NCBI GenBank assembly: GCA_902764145.1
Contig: CACWUS010000007.1
Coordinates: forward strand, 6,654-70,653
Source: an uncultured Erysipelotrichaceae bacterium
GTDB lineage: Bacteria; Bacillota_I; Bacilli_A; RF39; UBA660
Length of the DNA: 64,000 bases
Direction of reading: 5' to 3'
Shown: piece by piece, positions 39,997 to 48,933 of the stretch
Layout of the letters: the number at the start of each line of letters is the position of its first letter
Numbering within the stretch: position 1 is the first letter of the stretch
Translations under genes and position numbers: made by a program
Notes under the pieces: generated by a model
Databases searched by the model: none
Seen by the model: only the letters and a program-made list of their open reading frames with translations
Told to the model about the DNA's origin: nothing

Positions 39997-40674
39997 ATGG
40001 ATGATATATTAGAATATCTTTCAAATAAATTAGAAGATTTTGATATTAAAAAATTAATATTTCCAACTATATTATTATTAATGTATATTGCAGGCTTTGT
40101 ATACTTTTTAACTATAATAAAAAATATAAATAAAAAAATTGATAAAAAGGAATTTGTTCATGAAGAAAGTCATACCATTATTCAAGATGATATTTATGTA
40201 GATGTAAAAGGTTCTGTTCAAAATCCCGGTGTATATAAATTAGATAGTAATTCGAGAGTTATTGATGCAATTAAGGCTTCTGGAGGAATAACTGAAGAAG
40301 CAAATACTAGATTTATAAACTTATCTAAACAATTAAATGATGGCGATGTAATAGTGGTATATTCTAAAAAAGAAATAAATGATGCTAAAAAAGATAATAC
40401 TGTTTATGTAGAAGTTCCTTGTGTGTGTGAAGAGGTTAAAAATGATGCTTGTTTTAATGAAGAAAAGAAAGAAGTAACAAATGAAAAAGTAAATATTAAT
40501 ACATCTACAATTGAAGAATTAAAAACATTAACTGGAATAGGGGAAGCAAAAGCAAATGCAATAATTGAATATAGAAATAAAAATGGTAATTTTAAAAACA
40601 TTGAAGATATAAAGAATGTAAGTGGTATAAGTGAAAGTGTTTTCGTTAAAATTAAGGAAAATATTACTATCTGA
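39997..40674 (+). CDS. comEA: Competence DNA receptor ComEA
   Basis: 225 aa. N-terminal TM, SLBB-like segment (VDVKGSVQNPGVYKL), and C-terminal helix-hairpin-helix pair (LKTLTGIGEAKANAIIEYR...VSGISESVF). Confidence 0.9.
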   Translation: MDDILEYLSNKLEDFDIKKLIFPTILLLMYIAGFVYFLTIIKNINKKIDKKEFVHEESHTIIQDDIYVDVKGSVQNPGVYKLDSNSRVIDAIKASGGITEEANTRFINLSKQLNDGDVIVVYSKKEINDAKKDNTVYVEVPCVCEEVKNDACFNEEKKEVTNEKVNINTSTIEELKTLTGIGEAKANAIIEYRNKNGNFKNIEDIKNVSGISESVFVKIKENITI

Positions 40675-42721
40675 TTTGTTCTTTATAATACTATTAATAT
40701 TCTCTTTTGTTTATTTAATTATTTATCATTTTTTATTTGACATTAGTAAAATCTATAATTATGATACTAATTATTTTGAAATTAAAATAAATAATTATTA
40801 TATCGATGGAGATAAATTAACACTTGAATTTGATAATTTAGTAGGTATGTATTATTTTAAAAATGAAAATGAAATAAAGTCATTTAAATTAAAATATTCA
40901 TTAGGAGATATTATAAGAATTAATGGTAATTTATCATTTCCAAATAATAATACAATACCTAATACTTTTAATTATAAAAATTATTTATATCATAAGAATA
41001 TTGAATATATTTTACATATTGATAATTTTAGTTTAATTAGTAAAAATAAAAATATTTTTTTAAAGATTAAAAACTATATTTATAAGAGAATAGATAATAT
41101 AAAATATAATGACTATTTATATGCTTTTATTTTAGGTAAAAGTTCAAACATTGATAAAAGTGCTTATAATAATTACAAGACTAATGGAATTACTCATTTA
41201 TTTGCTTTATCTGGGCTTCATGTTTCATTATTTTCAAGTATAATTTTGTCATTATTAAAAAGAATTAATACTAATGAAAAAGTATCATTTATAATAACAA
41301 GTTTATTTCTAATATTTTTTTCTTTCATAGCATCTTTTGCACCATCTATTTTAAGAGCAACTATATTTTTTATAATATCAGAAATTAACAAAATATATTA
41401 TTTTTATATAAAGCCAAAAAATATTTTATATTTAACTTTTACAACTTTAATATTTATTAATCCACATTATATATTTAATATGGGTTTTATATTATCATTT
41501 ACTATTACATTTTTTATTTTGTTATATAATGAAAATAATAATAAAAGTTCAATTTTAAAAATAAGTGTTATTTCATTTTTAAGTAGTCTACCAATAATAA
41601 TAAACATGTCTTATGAAATTAATATTATTGGATTTTTTAATAACTTATTTTTTATACCATATGTTTCATATATTGTATTCCCGTTTTCTTTATTATGTTT
41701 GGTATTTAATAAATTATCTCATATATTAAATTTTACTATTATTATTATGGAATTTATTTCTAAAATAAGTTCAAATTTATTAAATATTACAATATGTTTT
41801 TCAAAAATATCATTTTCTTTAATAATAGTATATTATTTCTTATTAATATTAATTATAAAAAAGATTAAAAAAGCAAGAATTTTGTTTATCATACTTATTA
41901 TATTTATGTATTTAAAACCATATCTAAATAAAGAATATATAGTATATTTTAATGATGTAAAACAAGGAGATAGTATTTTGATGGTTTTAAATAATAAAAG
42001 TATTTTAATAGATACTGGAGGAATAACAACATATCATAACAATGAATGGTCCAAAAGAAATAGAGATTATAATCTAATGGTTGATAGTTTAATACCATTT
42101 TATAAAAGCGTTGGATTAAAACAAATTGATTATTTGATTCTAAGTCATGGAGATTATGATCATATGGGTGAAGCAATTAATTTAGTTAATAATTTTAAAG
42201 TAGAGAAAGTAATATTTAATTGTGGACCATATAACGATTTGGAAAAAGAATTAATAAAAGTTTTAGATAAAAAGAAAATTAAATATTACTCATGTATTAA
42301 AGAATTAAATATAGACAATAATAAACTCTATTTCTTACAAACAAAAGAATATGATAATGAAAATGATAATAGTAATGTTATTTATACAGAAATAAATGGT
42401 TACAAATTTATGTTTATGGGAGATGCGAGTGTAACTGCTGAAAAAGAAATATTAAATAAATATAATCCACATAATATAGATGTATTAAAAGTAGGTCATC
42501 ATGGAAGTAGGACAAGTTCTAGTGAAGATTTTATTAATAAAATAAATCCTAGATATTCAATAATTAGAATTAGTGTGGGTAAGAATAATAGGTATGGACA
42601 TCCAGATAAAGAAGTACTAAATAATTTAGAAAATTCAAAAATATATAGAACAGATGAAGATGGAAGTGTTATGTTTAAGATTAAAAATAATAAATTAAAA
42701 GTTGAGACTTGTAGTCCATAG
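40631..42721 (+). CDS. comEC: Competence DNA channel ComEC/Rec2 with C-terminal MBL domain
   Basis: 696 aa, polytopic. Competence-domain motif GITHLFALSGLHVS. MBL motifs ILIDTGG, LILSHGDYDHMGE, LKVGHHGSRTSS. Only non-ATG starts are available (GTG 40631 overlaps comEA by 44 nt), so the start is uncertain. Confidence 0.88.
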   Translation: MKVFSLKLRKILLSDLFFIILLIFSFVYLIIYHFLFDISKIYNYDTNYFEIKINNYYIDGDKLTLEFDNLVGMYYFKNENEIKSFKLKYSLGDIIRINGNLSFPNNNTIPNTFNYKNYLYHKNIEYILHIDNFSLISKNKNIFLKIKNYIYKRIDNIKYNDYLYAFILGKSSNIDKSAYNNYKTNGITHLFALSGLHVSLFSSIILSLLKRINTNEKVSFIITSLFLIFFSFIASFAPSILRATIFFIISEINKIYYFYIKPKNILYLTFTTLIFINPHYIFNMGFILSFTITFFILLYNENNNKSSILKISVISFLSSLPIIINMSYEINIIGFFNNLFFIPYVSYIVFPFSLLCLVFNKLSHILNFTIIIMEFISKISSNLLNITICFSKISFSLIIVYYFLLILIIKKIKKARILFIILIIFMYLKPYLNKEYIVYFNDVKQGDSILMVLNNKSILIDTGGITTYHNNEWSKRNRDYNLMVDSLIPFYKSVGLKQIDYLILSHGDYDHMGEAINLVNNFKVEKVIFNCGPYNDLEKELIKVLDKKKIKYYSCIKELNIDNNKLYFLQTKEYDNENDNSNVIYTEINGYKFMFMGDASVTAEKEILNKYNPHNIDVLKVGHHGSRTSSSEDFINKINPRYSIIRISVGKNNRYGHPDKEVLNNLENSKIYRTDEDGSVMFKIKNNKLKVETCSP

Positions 42722-42725
42722 AAAG
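42146..42725 (+). repeat. Direct repeat copy A (functional comEC 3' end)
   Basis: About 95% identical by eye to 44271..44795. Homology ends at ...GTAGTCCATAGAAAG in both copies. Confidence 0.85.
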
Positions 42726-42733
42726 GAGTATAT

Positions 42734-43624
42734 ATGAATTATTATAATGAGATAAAAGAGACATTAATAAAAAGTGAAATATACGACAGAGCAAAAGATT
42801 ATTCGAAAGATAGACATAAAGTTATTGTATATTTTGAAACTGGAAAACTATTAAGTGAAGCAGGGAAAGAATATGGTAAAAATATAATTAAACAATACTC
42901 TGAAAACTTAATAATTGAAGTTGGTAAAAAATATAATGAAAGAAATCTTAGATATATGAGGCAATTTTATGAAATTTTCTCAAGTATAAAATGGAACCCA
43001 ATGGGTTCCAAATTAAGTTGGAGTCATTTTAGAGAATTGTTAATAGTCAAAAACATTGATGCAATCATGTATTATATTGATATATGTGAAAGAAATAATT
43101 TGACAAGAAGACAATTACAAGAACGAATAAAAAACAAGGAATATGATAGATTAAGTAATGAAACTAAAAATAAGCTAATTACTAAAGAGCAATTAAATGT
43201 CAACGATTTAGTGCCTAATCCTATAATTATAAAAACAAATATTTTAAAAGAAGAATTATCAGAATATGCATTAAAACAGGCTATATTAAATAGCATTGAT
43301 GAGTTTTTAAGGCAGTTAGGTATTGGTTTTACCTATGTTGGTAATGAATACAAAATCAAAATTGGCGATAGATATAATTATATTGATTTATTACTATATA
43401 ACATAAAATATAAGTGCTATGTAGTAGTAGAATTAAAAGTAACTGAATTAAAGAAAGAACATACAGGTCAAATTATGACATACATGAATTTTATTAATAA
43501 GAATGTTAAAACGATAGAAGAAAATGATACAGTTGGTATTATTATATGTAAGCAAGACAATGAATATGTAATTAAATATTGTTCGGATGATAGAATAATT
43601 GCTAGAGAATATGAATTGTTGTGA
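42734..43624 (+). CDS. DUF1016/YhcG-like PD-(D/E)XK nuclease-fold protein
   Basis: 296 aa. C-terminal core YIDLLLYNIKYKCYVVVELKVTELK (D...E-x-K) preceded by a helical N-domain. RBS AAAGGAG. Confidence 0.65.
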   Translation: MNYYNEIKETLIKSEIYDRAKDYSKDRHKVIVYFETGKLLSEAGKEYGKNIIKQYSENLIIEVGKKYNERNLRYMRQFYEIFSSIKWNPMGSKLSWSHFRELLIVKNIDAIMYYIDICERNNLTRRQLQERIKNKEYDRLSNETKNKLITKEQLNVNDLVPNPIIIKTNILKEELSEYALKQAILNSIDEFLRQLGIGFTYVGNEYKIKIGDRYNYIDLLLYNIKYKCYVVVELKVTELKKEHTGQIMTYMNFINKNVKTIEENDTVGIIICKQDNEYVIKYCSDDRIIAREYELL

Positions 43625-43677
43625 TATAATAAATAAATCATTTAGAATTAGTAATTTGAAAGTGAGTTGAATCCTAT

Positions 43678-44220
43678 ATGCTTGATATCAATATAATATT
43701 TAATATTTTATTAAGTGATAATATTTCATTATATGAAAATGAACTTTTTGAATTAATACCAGAACTAAAGTATGAAAAAGGGTTTGAACAAAAAAGTGAA
43801 TGGCATTGTTTTGATGTATGGGATCATACATTAGCTACTATAAATGCATGTGATATGAATCAGGAAGATAGATTAGTAATGCTCTTACATGATATTGGCA
43901 AGCCATTTTCATTTCAAGACTATGGAAATATAAGACACTTTAAAGGTCATGCTAAAAAATCTGCTGAAATTGCAAAGATAGTTTTAGATAGATTTAATAT
44001 TAATAACGAAATAAAAAACACGTTATTAAAATTAATAGAATATCATTCATGTAGAATAGATGTTGATGACATAAATATAAATAACGTTAAATTTTATAAA
44101 AGATTATTAAAAATTCAAATGTGTGATGCAAAAGGTTATGAAGAGGAGCATTCAAAAAAAATAATGGAACAACTAAATTATACTCGAAAAAAAATAAATT
44201 TATTAAAAGAGGGCTTATAA
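43678..44220 (+). CDS. Stand-alone HD-domain protein resembling the HD region of CCA-adding/poly(A) polymerase family enzymes
   Basis: 180 aa: WHCFDVWDHTLATI...LLHDIGKP...FKGHAKKSAEIA. No nucleotidyltransferase head domain. Confidence 0.6.
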   Translation: MLDINIIFNILLSDNISLYENELFELIPELKYEKGFEQKSEWHCFDVWDHTLATINACDMNQEDRLVMLLHDIGKPFSFQDYGNIRHFKGHAKKSAEIAKIVLDRFNINNEIKNTLLKLIEYHSCRIDVDDININNVKFYKRLLKIQMCDAKGYEEEHSKKIMEQLNYTRKKINLLKEGL

Positions 44221-44233
44221 ATAAGCTTTTTTT
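44213..44233 (+). terminator. Intrinsic terminator
   Basis: GCTTAT-aa-ATAAGC followed by TTTTTTT. Confidence 0.65.
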
Positions 44234-44270
44234 CTTTGTTTAAATCTGTATGCACAAACGTATATCACCA

Positions 44271-44795
44271 CATGGAGATTATGATCATATGGGTGAAGCA
44301 ATTAATTTAGTTAATAATTTTAAGGTAGGGAAAGTTATATTCAATTGTGGACCATATAACGATTTGGAAAAAGAATTAATAAAAGTTTTAGATAAAAAGA
44401 AAACTAAGTATTATTCATGTATTAAAGAATTAAATATAGACAATAATAAACTCTATTTCTTACAAACAAAAGAATATGATAATGAAAATGATAATAGTAA
44501 TGTTATTTATATAGAATTTAATAATTACAAATTTATGTTTATGGGAGATGCATCTATTACAACAGAAACAGAAATATTAAATAAATATAATCTACATAAT
44601 ATAGATGTATTAAAAGTAGGTCATCATGGAAGTAGGACAAGTTCTAGTGAAGATTTTATTAATAAAATAAATCCTAGATATTCAATAATTAGAATCTAAA
44701 AAACTCAAAAATATATAGAACAGATATAGATGGCAGTATTATGTTTAAAATTAAAAATAATAAATTAAAAATTGAGACTTGTAGTCCATAGAAAG
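44271..44795 (+). pseudogene. Degenerate duplicate of the comEC 3' end (direct repeat copy B)
   Basis: ORF 44250..44699 translates to ...HGDYDHMGEAINLVNNFK...VGHHGSRTSSSEDFINKINPRYSIIRI*. An internal deletion of about 55 nt relative to copy A gives a premature stop. The out-of-frame tail still aligns to the comEC end. Confidence 0.85.
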
Positions 44796-44838
44796 TGGTT
44801 CTACACGAAACATGATATTAAAATAATAGACAAACTTG

Positions 44839-44847
44839 TGATATAAT
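44839..44847 (+). promoter_or_regulatory. Extended -10 promoter element upstream of the Fic gene
   Basis: TGaTATAAT within TTGTGATATAATAA. The identical 14-mer occurs at 43619-43632 upstream of the HD gene. Confidence 0.45.
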
Positions 44848-44866
44848 AATTACAGGATGTGATAAT

Positions 44867-45889
44867 ATGGATAAAATTAGACAATTCTTAGAAAGTAACA
44901 ATTATTATAATATGTATGAAGAGTCTGATTTATTTGAAAAATATATCCAAGATTTAACTCCTGATGATGTTATGAAAATAGCAATTTCTTTAAATAAAAT
45001 GCTACGTAATAAAGAATATGAAGAAGTAATCTCTAATAATATGATTGCTGGAGAATTAACAGCTCCAACAAGTGACATTAGAAATGATATTATTCAAAAT
45101 CTTCTTACTGCTCTAAAAAAAATGAATGATAATAAATTAAGAGCAGAGTTGATATATTACACATTTATAAATTTACATATGTTTAATGATGGTAACGGTA
45201 GAACAGCGAGATTATTATATGGGATTGTTTCTGGGAATATTGAAGGTGAAGAATGGTATATACATTCAGATGATTCTATGCATAAGTATGATGGTGACTT
45301 TTGCAGTCATGTTGGAATATTAGATGAGAGTGAAGTAAATTATAATTCAAATAGAATGTTATCACATGTTGTAGAACCATATATAAGTAAATATCCAACT
45401 TTATCAAGTAAAAATATGTTTCAAACATATTCCACAGTAGCACATAGTGAATCATTTCCATTATGTGAGATTATATCAAAGGATATTTTAAAGCAATTAA
45501 CTACTGAAGAAATAAATAAGATAGGAATAATATTACAAGATAATGAAAGTCTATATTCAATAGCAGGATTAACCATGTTAATAATAACTGATAAGATTGG
45601 TCAATTAAATGAGTGGATTAAAAGAGATAGTGAGAATACTGAAATATGCTTTCAAAACGGATTTGGAGAAGATTGGATGCGACATCGACTATCTTTCAAT
45701 TTAATAAAAAATAAAGATTTAATATTAAAATGGAAAGTTGATGATTGGAAAAATGTTATACTAATAGGTAACAATTTAAAATTAATGCAGTTTAATAATA
45801 TGAATGAAATGTTTTTAAACAAATCTAATGAAAAACAAATGCAAGAAGAAACAGGGCAACCTGATACTCAAAACCATAAAAGATTGTAA
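44867..45889 (+). CDS. Fic/DOC-family protein (putative AMPylase-type toxin/effector)
   Basis: 340 aa with the canonical Fic motif HMFNDGNGRTARLL. I saw no (S/T)xxxE(G/N) inhibitory helix motif. Confidence 0.8.
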   Translation: MDKIRQFLESNNYYNMYEESDLFEKYIQDLTPDDVMKIAISLNKMLRNKEYEEVISNNMIAGELTAPTSDIRNDIIQNLLTALKKMNDNKLRAELIYYTFINLHMFNDGNGRTARLLYGIVSGNIEGEEWYIHSDDSMHKYDGDFCSHVGILDESEVNYNSNRMLSHVVEPYISKYPTLSSKNMFQTYSTVAHSESFPLCEIISKDILKQLTTEEINKIGIILQDNESLYSIAGLTMLIITDKIGQLNEWIKRDSENTEICFQNGFGEDWMRHRLSFNLIKNKDLILKWKVDDWKNVILIGNNLKLMQFNNMNEMFLNKSNEKQMQEETGQPDTQNHKRL

Positions 45890-45917
45890 TATAAATATAT
45901 TTAATAGGGTGATATGT

Positions 45918-46460
45918 ATGGCAAAAATATTAATAAGACCATTAGTAAAAAAAGATGTAGAAGATGCAGCTAAAATTAGAATCAATGGATGGAAAACAGC
46001 ATATAAAGGAATTATTAATGATAATCACTTAAATTCTTTGAATGTAGAAGAACAAATAAAAAAATTCGAAAAATATGTAGGTAAAGATAATTTTATTGTT
46101 GCAGTTGAAGATGAAAAAGTATTAGGATTTTGTAGATTCAGTTATGATAATTCTTCTTCATCAAATATAGATTATGTTGATTGTGAATTAAATGCGCTCT
46201 ATGTGCACCCTGAATTTAAAGGAAATGGTATAGGAACTAAGTTATTTAAATATGTATTAAATGTTCTTTGTAATTTGAATAAAAAAAGTATGATTTTATG
46301 GTGTTTAGCTGATAATGTAAATTCTATAAATTTTTATAAACACATGGGCGGAAAAATCAAAGAATCAAAAATAGCAACTATTGGTGAAGAAAATTATAAA
46401 GAAGTTGGTATAGTATTTGATATAAAAGAATTATGTAGTAATAGTAGTATAAAAGTATAA
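45918..46460 (+). CDS. GNAT-family N-acetyltransferase
   Basis: ORF 45828 trimmed to Met31. 180 aa with acetyl-CoA motif LYVHPEFKGNGIGTKLF. Confidence 0.8.
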   Translation: MAKILIRPLVKKDVEDAAKIRINGWKTAYKGIINDNHLNSLNVEEQIKKFEKYVGKDNFIVAVEDEKVLGFCRFSYDNSSSSNIDYVDCELNALYVHPEFKGNGIGTKLFKYVLNVLCNLNKKSMILWCLADNVNSINFYKHMGGKIKESKIATIGEENYKEVGIVFDIKELCSNSSIKV

Positions 46461-46480
46461 TAATTTAAGGTGTGAATAAT

Positions 46481-47308
46481 ATGGATTTATTAAAAAGAAT
46501 ACTAGATTGTAGCGAAGAAGAAATTGATTTGATAATTGAAAATGTCATTAAAGAATTAGATATTAATTCCATTAAAATCGATAGATTAGGATTTCTAGAT
46601 TATGGAAAATCTAATAGTGTTTTTAAAGGGTTTATACCACTTAAAACTAGAATTAAATATGCAAATTATAATATTGAAGACTATGGAATGGAGAGTACAG
46701 ATTTTATTTATGAGTTTGCCCATTTTATAAAAAAACATAATATTAATAACAAAGCGTCTTTAATTTATAATTTGGAATATTTTATTAATAGTTATTTTGG
46801 CTTTCCAGGTAAAAGTAGTAGAGAAACAATATTTAATGATATAGCATGGAAAACTACTAAAAGTGATGAAGAATACTTTGATGCTTTGAGTAATAATAAA
46901 ATAGGTGATTTAAAAGGTACAGGCTCAGCCCAGTGCACAGAAAGAAGTGCTCTAGCTGAACAAATACTAAGTGCATTTGGTATAGAAACTTATTATTGCA
47001 TGGGATGTGTTGATTTAGATGATAGACAAGAAGGACATTGTTTTAATATTGTTAAAAGAAAAAATGATTATGCTTTGCTAGATTATAGTATTCCAGTAAT
47101 GTCTTATAACTCTGAAGGTAAAATAATAGCTTATTATCCTTTTATTGGTATTTTAAGTAATGAAGAATTTTTAGACTTTATTAATAATGGTACTATTAAA
47201 TCTTTTGATGATTATTATATGAATGGAAGAGAAAAACAAAAAAAAGACAGTCAAAGATTATATGTGGTTGGAAAATATGAAATTAATAAAGCAAATATGT
47301 TAATATAA
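46481..47308 (+). CDS. Hypothetical protein with transglutaminase/papain-like Cys-His-Asp pattern (tentative)
   Basis: ORF 46472 trimmed to Met4 (ATG behind AAGGTG). GTGSAQCTERSALAEQIL...EGHCFNIV...ALLDYS resembles the transglutaminase-like cysteine peptidase core. Confidence 0.45.
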   Translation: MDLLKRILDCSEEEIDLIIENVIKELDINSIKIDRLGFLDYGKSNSVFKGFIPLKTRIKYANYNIEDYGMESTDFIYEFAHFIKKHNINNKASLIYNLEYFINSYFGFPGKSSRETIFNDIAWKTTKSDEEYFDALSNNKIGDLKGTGSAQCTERSALAEQILSAFGIETYYCMGCVDLDDRQEGHCFNIVKRKNDYALLDYSIPVMSYNSEGKIIAYYPFIGILSNEEFLDFINNGTIKSFDDYYMNGREKQKKDSQRLYVVGKYEINKANMLI

Positions 47309-47370
47309 TGCAACAAAATTAAAATATTGTATAAGATATTATGTACACACTTGGTGTGATTATATAGATT

Positions 47371-47398
47371 GAGATACTTTTAAGTATCTCTTTGTTTT
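47371..47398 (+). terminator. Intrinsic terminator
   Basis: GAGATACTT-tt-AAGTATCTC followed by TTTGTTTT. Confidence 0.7.
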
Positions 47399-47430
47399 AC
47401 AAATAAATAAAATTGATTTATAATTGAATT

Positions 47431-48324
47431 ATGGAAAAAGAGGATTTTTTTAAAATTAGTGTAATTAAAGATTTTAGTGATTTTATTAAATCTAAAAATT
47501 ATTCAGAACACACATATAATTCATATTTAAATGATTTATACTATTTTTATGATTATATAAAAAAAGATTTGATTAAAGTAGATGAAAATGATATAAGAAA
47601 ATATTTAGAATATTTAAACACTAAAAAAGAAAAAGCAAGTTCTGTTAGAAGAAAAATTAGTTCTTTTAAAACATTTTATAAGTTCTTATATTTAAATAAT
47701 TATATTGATAAAAAAGATTATCCTCTTGTTAAAATAGCATATCCAAAACTAGAAAAAAAATTACCAAAATTTGTATATTATAATGATTTACTTGAAATAA
47801 TTAATGAATCTTATAGAGATAAAGATGGGATTCGCGATAGATTAATTATTGAAATGCTTTATGCTACTGGAGTACGTGTAAGTGAACTTATTAACATAAA
47901 ATATGAAGATATTGATTTTAATAATAGACGTATTAGAGTTTGTGGAAAAGGTAATAAAGAAAGAATAGTTTATTATGGTGAATATGCAGAAGATGTGTTA
48001 AAAGAATATATGTCTACTCATAAGAAAAATGATTATGGATATGTTTTTACTAATTATAAAGGTGAACAAATAACAGATAGAGGAATTAGATATATAATTG
48101 ATAATATTATGAAAAAATTATCTGTTAAAGTCCATGTAACACCACATGTATTAAGACATACATTTGCAACAGATATGTTAAATAATGGATGTGATATTAA
48201 AATAGTTCAGGAGTTACTTGGTCATTCAAGTTTAAGAACAACAGAAGTATATACACATGTAACAAATGAAAGATTAAAAGAGGTCTACTATAAATGCTTT
48301 CCAAGGAGGGATAAAGATGAGTAA
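47431..48324 (+). CDS. Xer-type tyrosine site-specific recombinase
   Basis: 297 aa. SAM-like N-domain. Catalytic residues in ATGVRVSEL (R), HVLRHTFAT (H-x-x-R), LLGHSSLRTTEVYTHV (H...Y). Confidence 0.88.
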   Translation: MEKEDFFKISVIKDFSDFIKSKNYSEHTYNSYLNDLYYFYDYIKKDLIKVDENDIRKYLEYLNTKKEKASSVRRKISSFKTFYKFLYLNNYIDKKDYPLVKIAYPKLEKKLPKFVYYNDLLEIINESYRDKDGIRDRLIIEMLYATGVRVSELINIKYEDIDFNNRRIRVCGKGNKERIVYYGEYAEDVLKEYMSTHKKNDYGYVFTNYKGEQITDRGIRYIIDNIMKKLSVKVHVTPHVLRHTFATDMLNNGCDIKIVQELLGHSSLRTTEVYTHVTNERLKEVYYKCFPRRDKDE

Positions 48325-48913
48325 ATTATATTATAGATATGGAGCTATGAATTCTGGAAAGACTACATTACTTTTACAAGTAGCACATAATTATGAAGAA
48401 AGAGGAATGAAAGTTTTAATATTAAAACCCAAAGTTGACACTAAAGGTGAAGATAAAATAGTTACTAGAATAGGTCTTAAAAGAAAAGTTGATCATTTAG
48501 TTTCAAAAGATGAAAATTTAGGAAATTATTTGAAAAACGTTCCAAATGATATATCATGTATTCTTGTAGATGAATCACAATTTTTAACAAGAGATCAAGT
48601 TGATGAACTTTTCATGTTTACTAAACTACGTGATATAGCAGTAATATGTTACGGACTTAGAAGTGATTTTAGGACACTTGCATTTCCTGGAAGCTTAAGA
48701 TTATTTGAAGTTGCAGATGTTTTAGAAGAATTATATACTATTTGTAGATGTGGAAAAAGAGCTAAATTCAATGGTAGAATAGTTAATGGTAAGTTTACAT
48801 CTGATGGTGAGCAAGTCGCTATTGATGGAGAAAATAAAGTAACATATGAATCTTTATGTGGCAAATGTTATTTAGAAAAAGTACTAAATATTACTAGTGA
48901 AAGTGTTGATTAA
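48317..48913 (+). CDS. tdk: Thymidine kinase
   Basis: 198 aa. P-loop GAMNSGKTT, VDESQF, and zinc ribbon CRCGKRA...CGKCY. Overlaps the recombinase gene by 8 nt. Confidence 0.93.
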   Translation: MSKLYYRYGAMNSGKTTLLLQVAHNYEERGMKVLILKPKVDTKGEDKIVTRIGLKRKVDHLVSKDENLGNYLKNVPNDISCILVDESQFLTRDQVDELFMFTKLRDIAVICYGLRSDFRTLAFPGSLRLFEVADVLEELYTICRCGKRAKFNGRIVNGKFTSDGEQVAIDGENKVTYESLCGKCYLEKVLNITSESVD

Positions 48914-48933
48914 AGCAATTAAAGGAGGTTTTT

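Larger units (their letters stand above)
42726..44270 (+). mobile_element. Candidate inserted two-gene cassette bracketed by the comEC 3' repeats
   Basis: A 1.5-kb segment between the two repeat copies. It has its own extended -10 promoter (TGaTATAAT, 43622-43630) and a terminator, but no recombinase gene inside. Confidence 0.4.

Noticed and set aside
40631-40674. Possible programmed frameshift or fusion between comEA and comEC because of the 44-nt overlap.
   Set aside because: The two frames differ and no slippery heptamer is evident. The overlap is more simply explained by an uncertain non-ATG comEC start (GTG 40631/40637, or TTG 40676).
44250-44699. 149-aa ORF that could be taken for a small stand-alone MBL-fold protein.
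   Set aside because: It is a 95%-identical copy of the comEC 3' end. It lacks the first MBL motif (ILIDTGG), is truncated by a ~55-nt deletion, and has only a fortuitous ATG with no RBS. I call it a pseudogene fragment.
44855-44871. Identical 17-mer GGATGTGATAATATGGA spanning the start codons of the Fic gene (44867) and the kinase-like gene (51949).
   Set aside because: In a 64-kb AT-rich window, a back-of-envelope estimate gives on the order of one or a few chance 17-mer matches. There is no extended similarity on either side. It is probably coincidence of similar RBS and start contexts.
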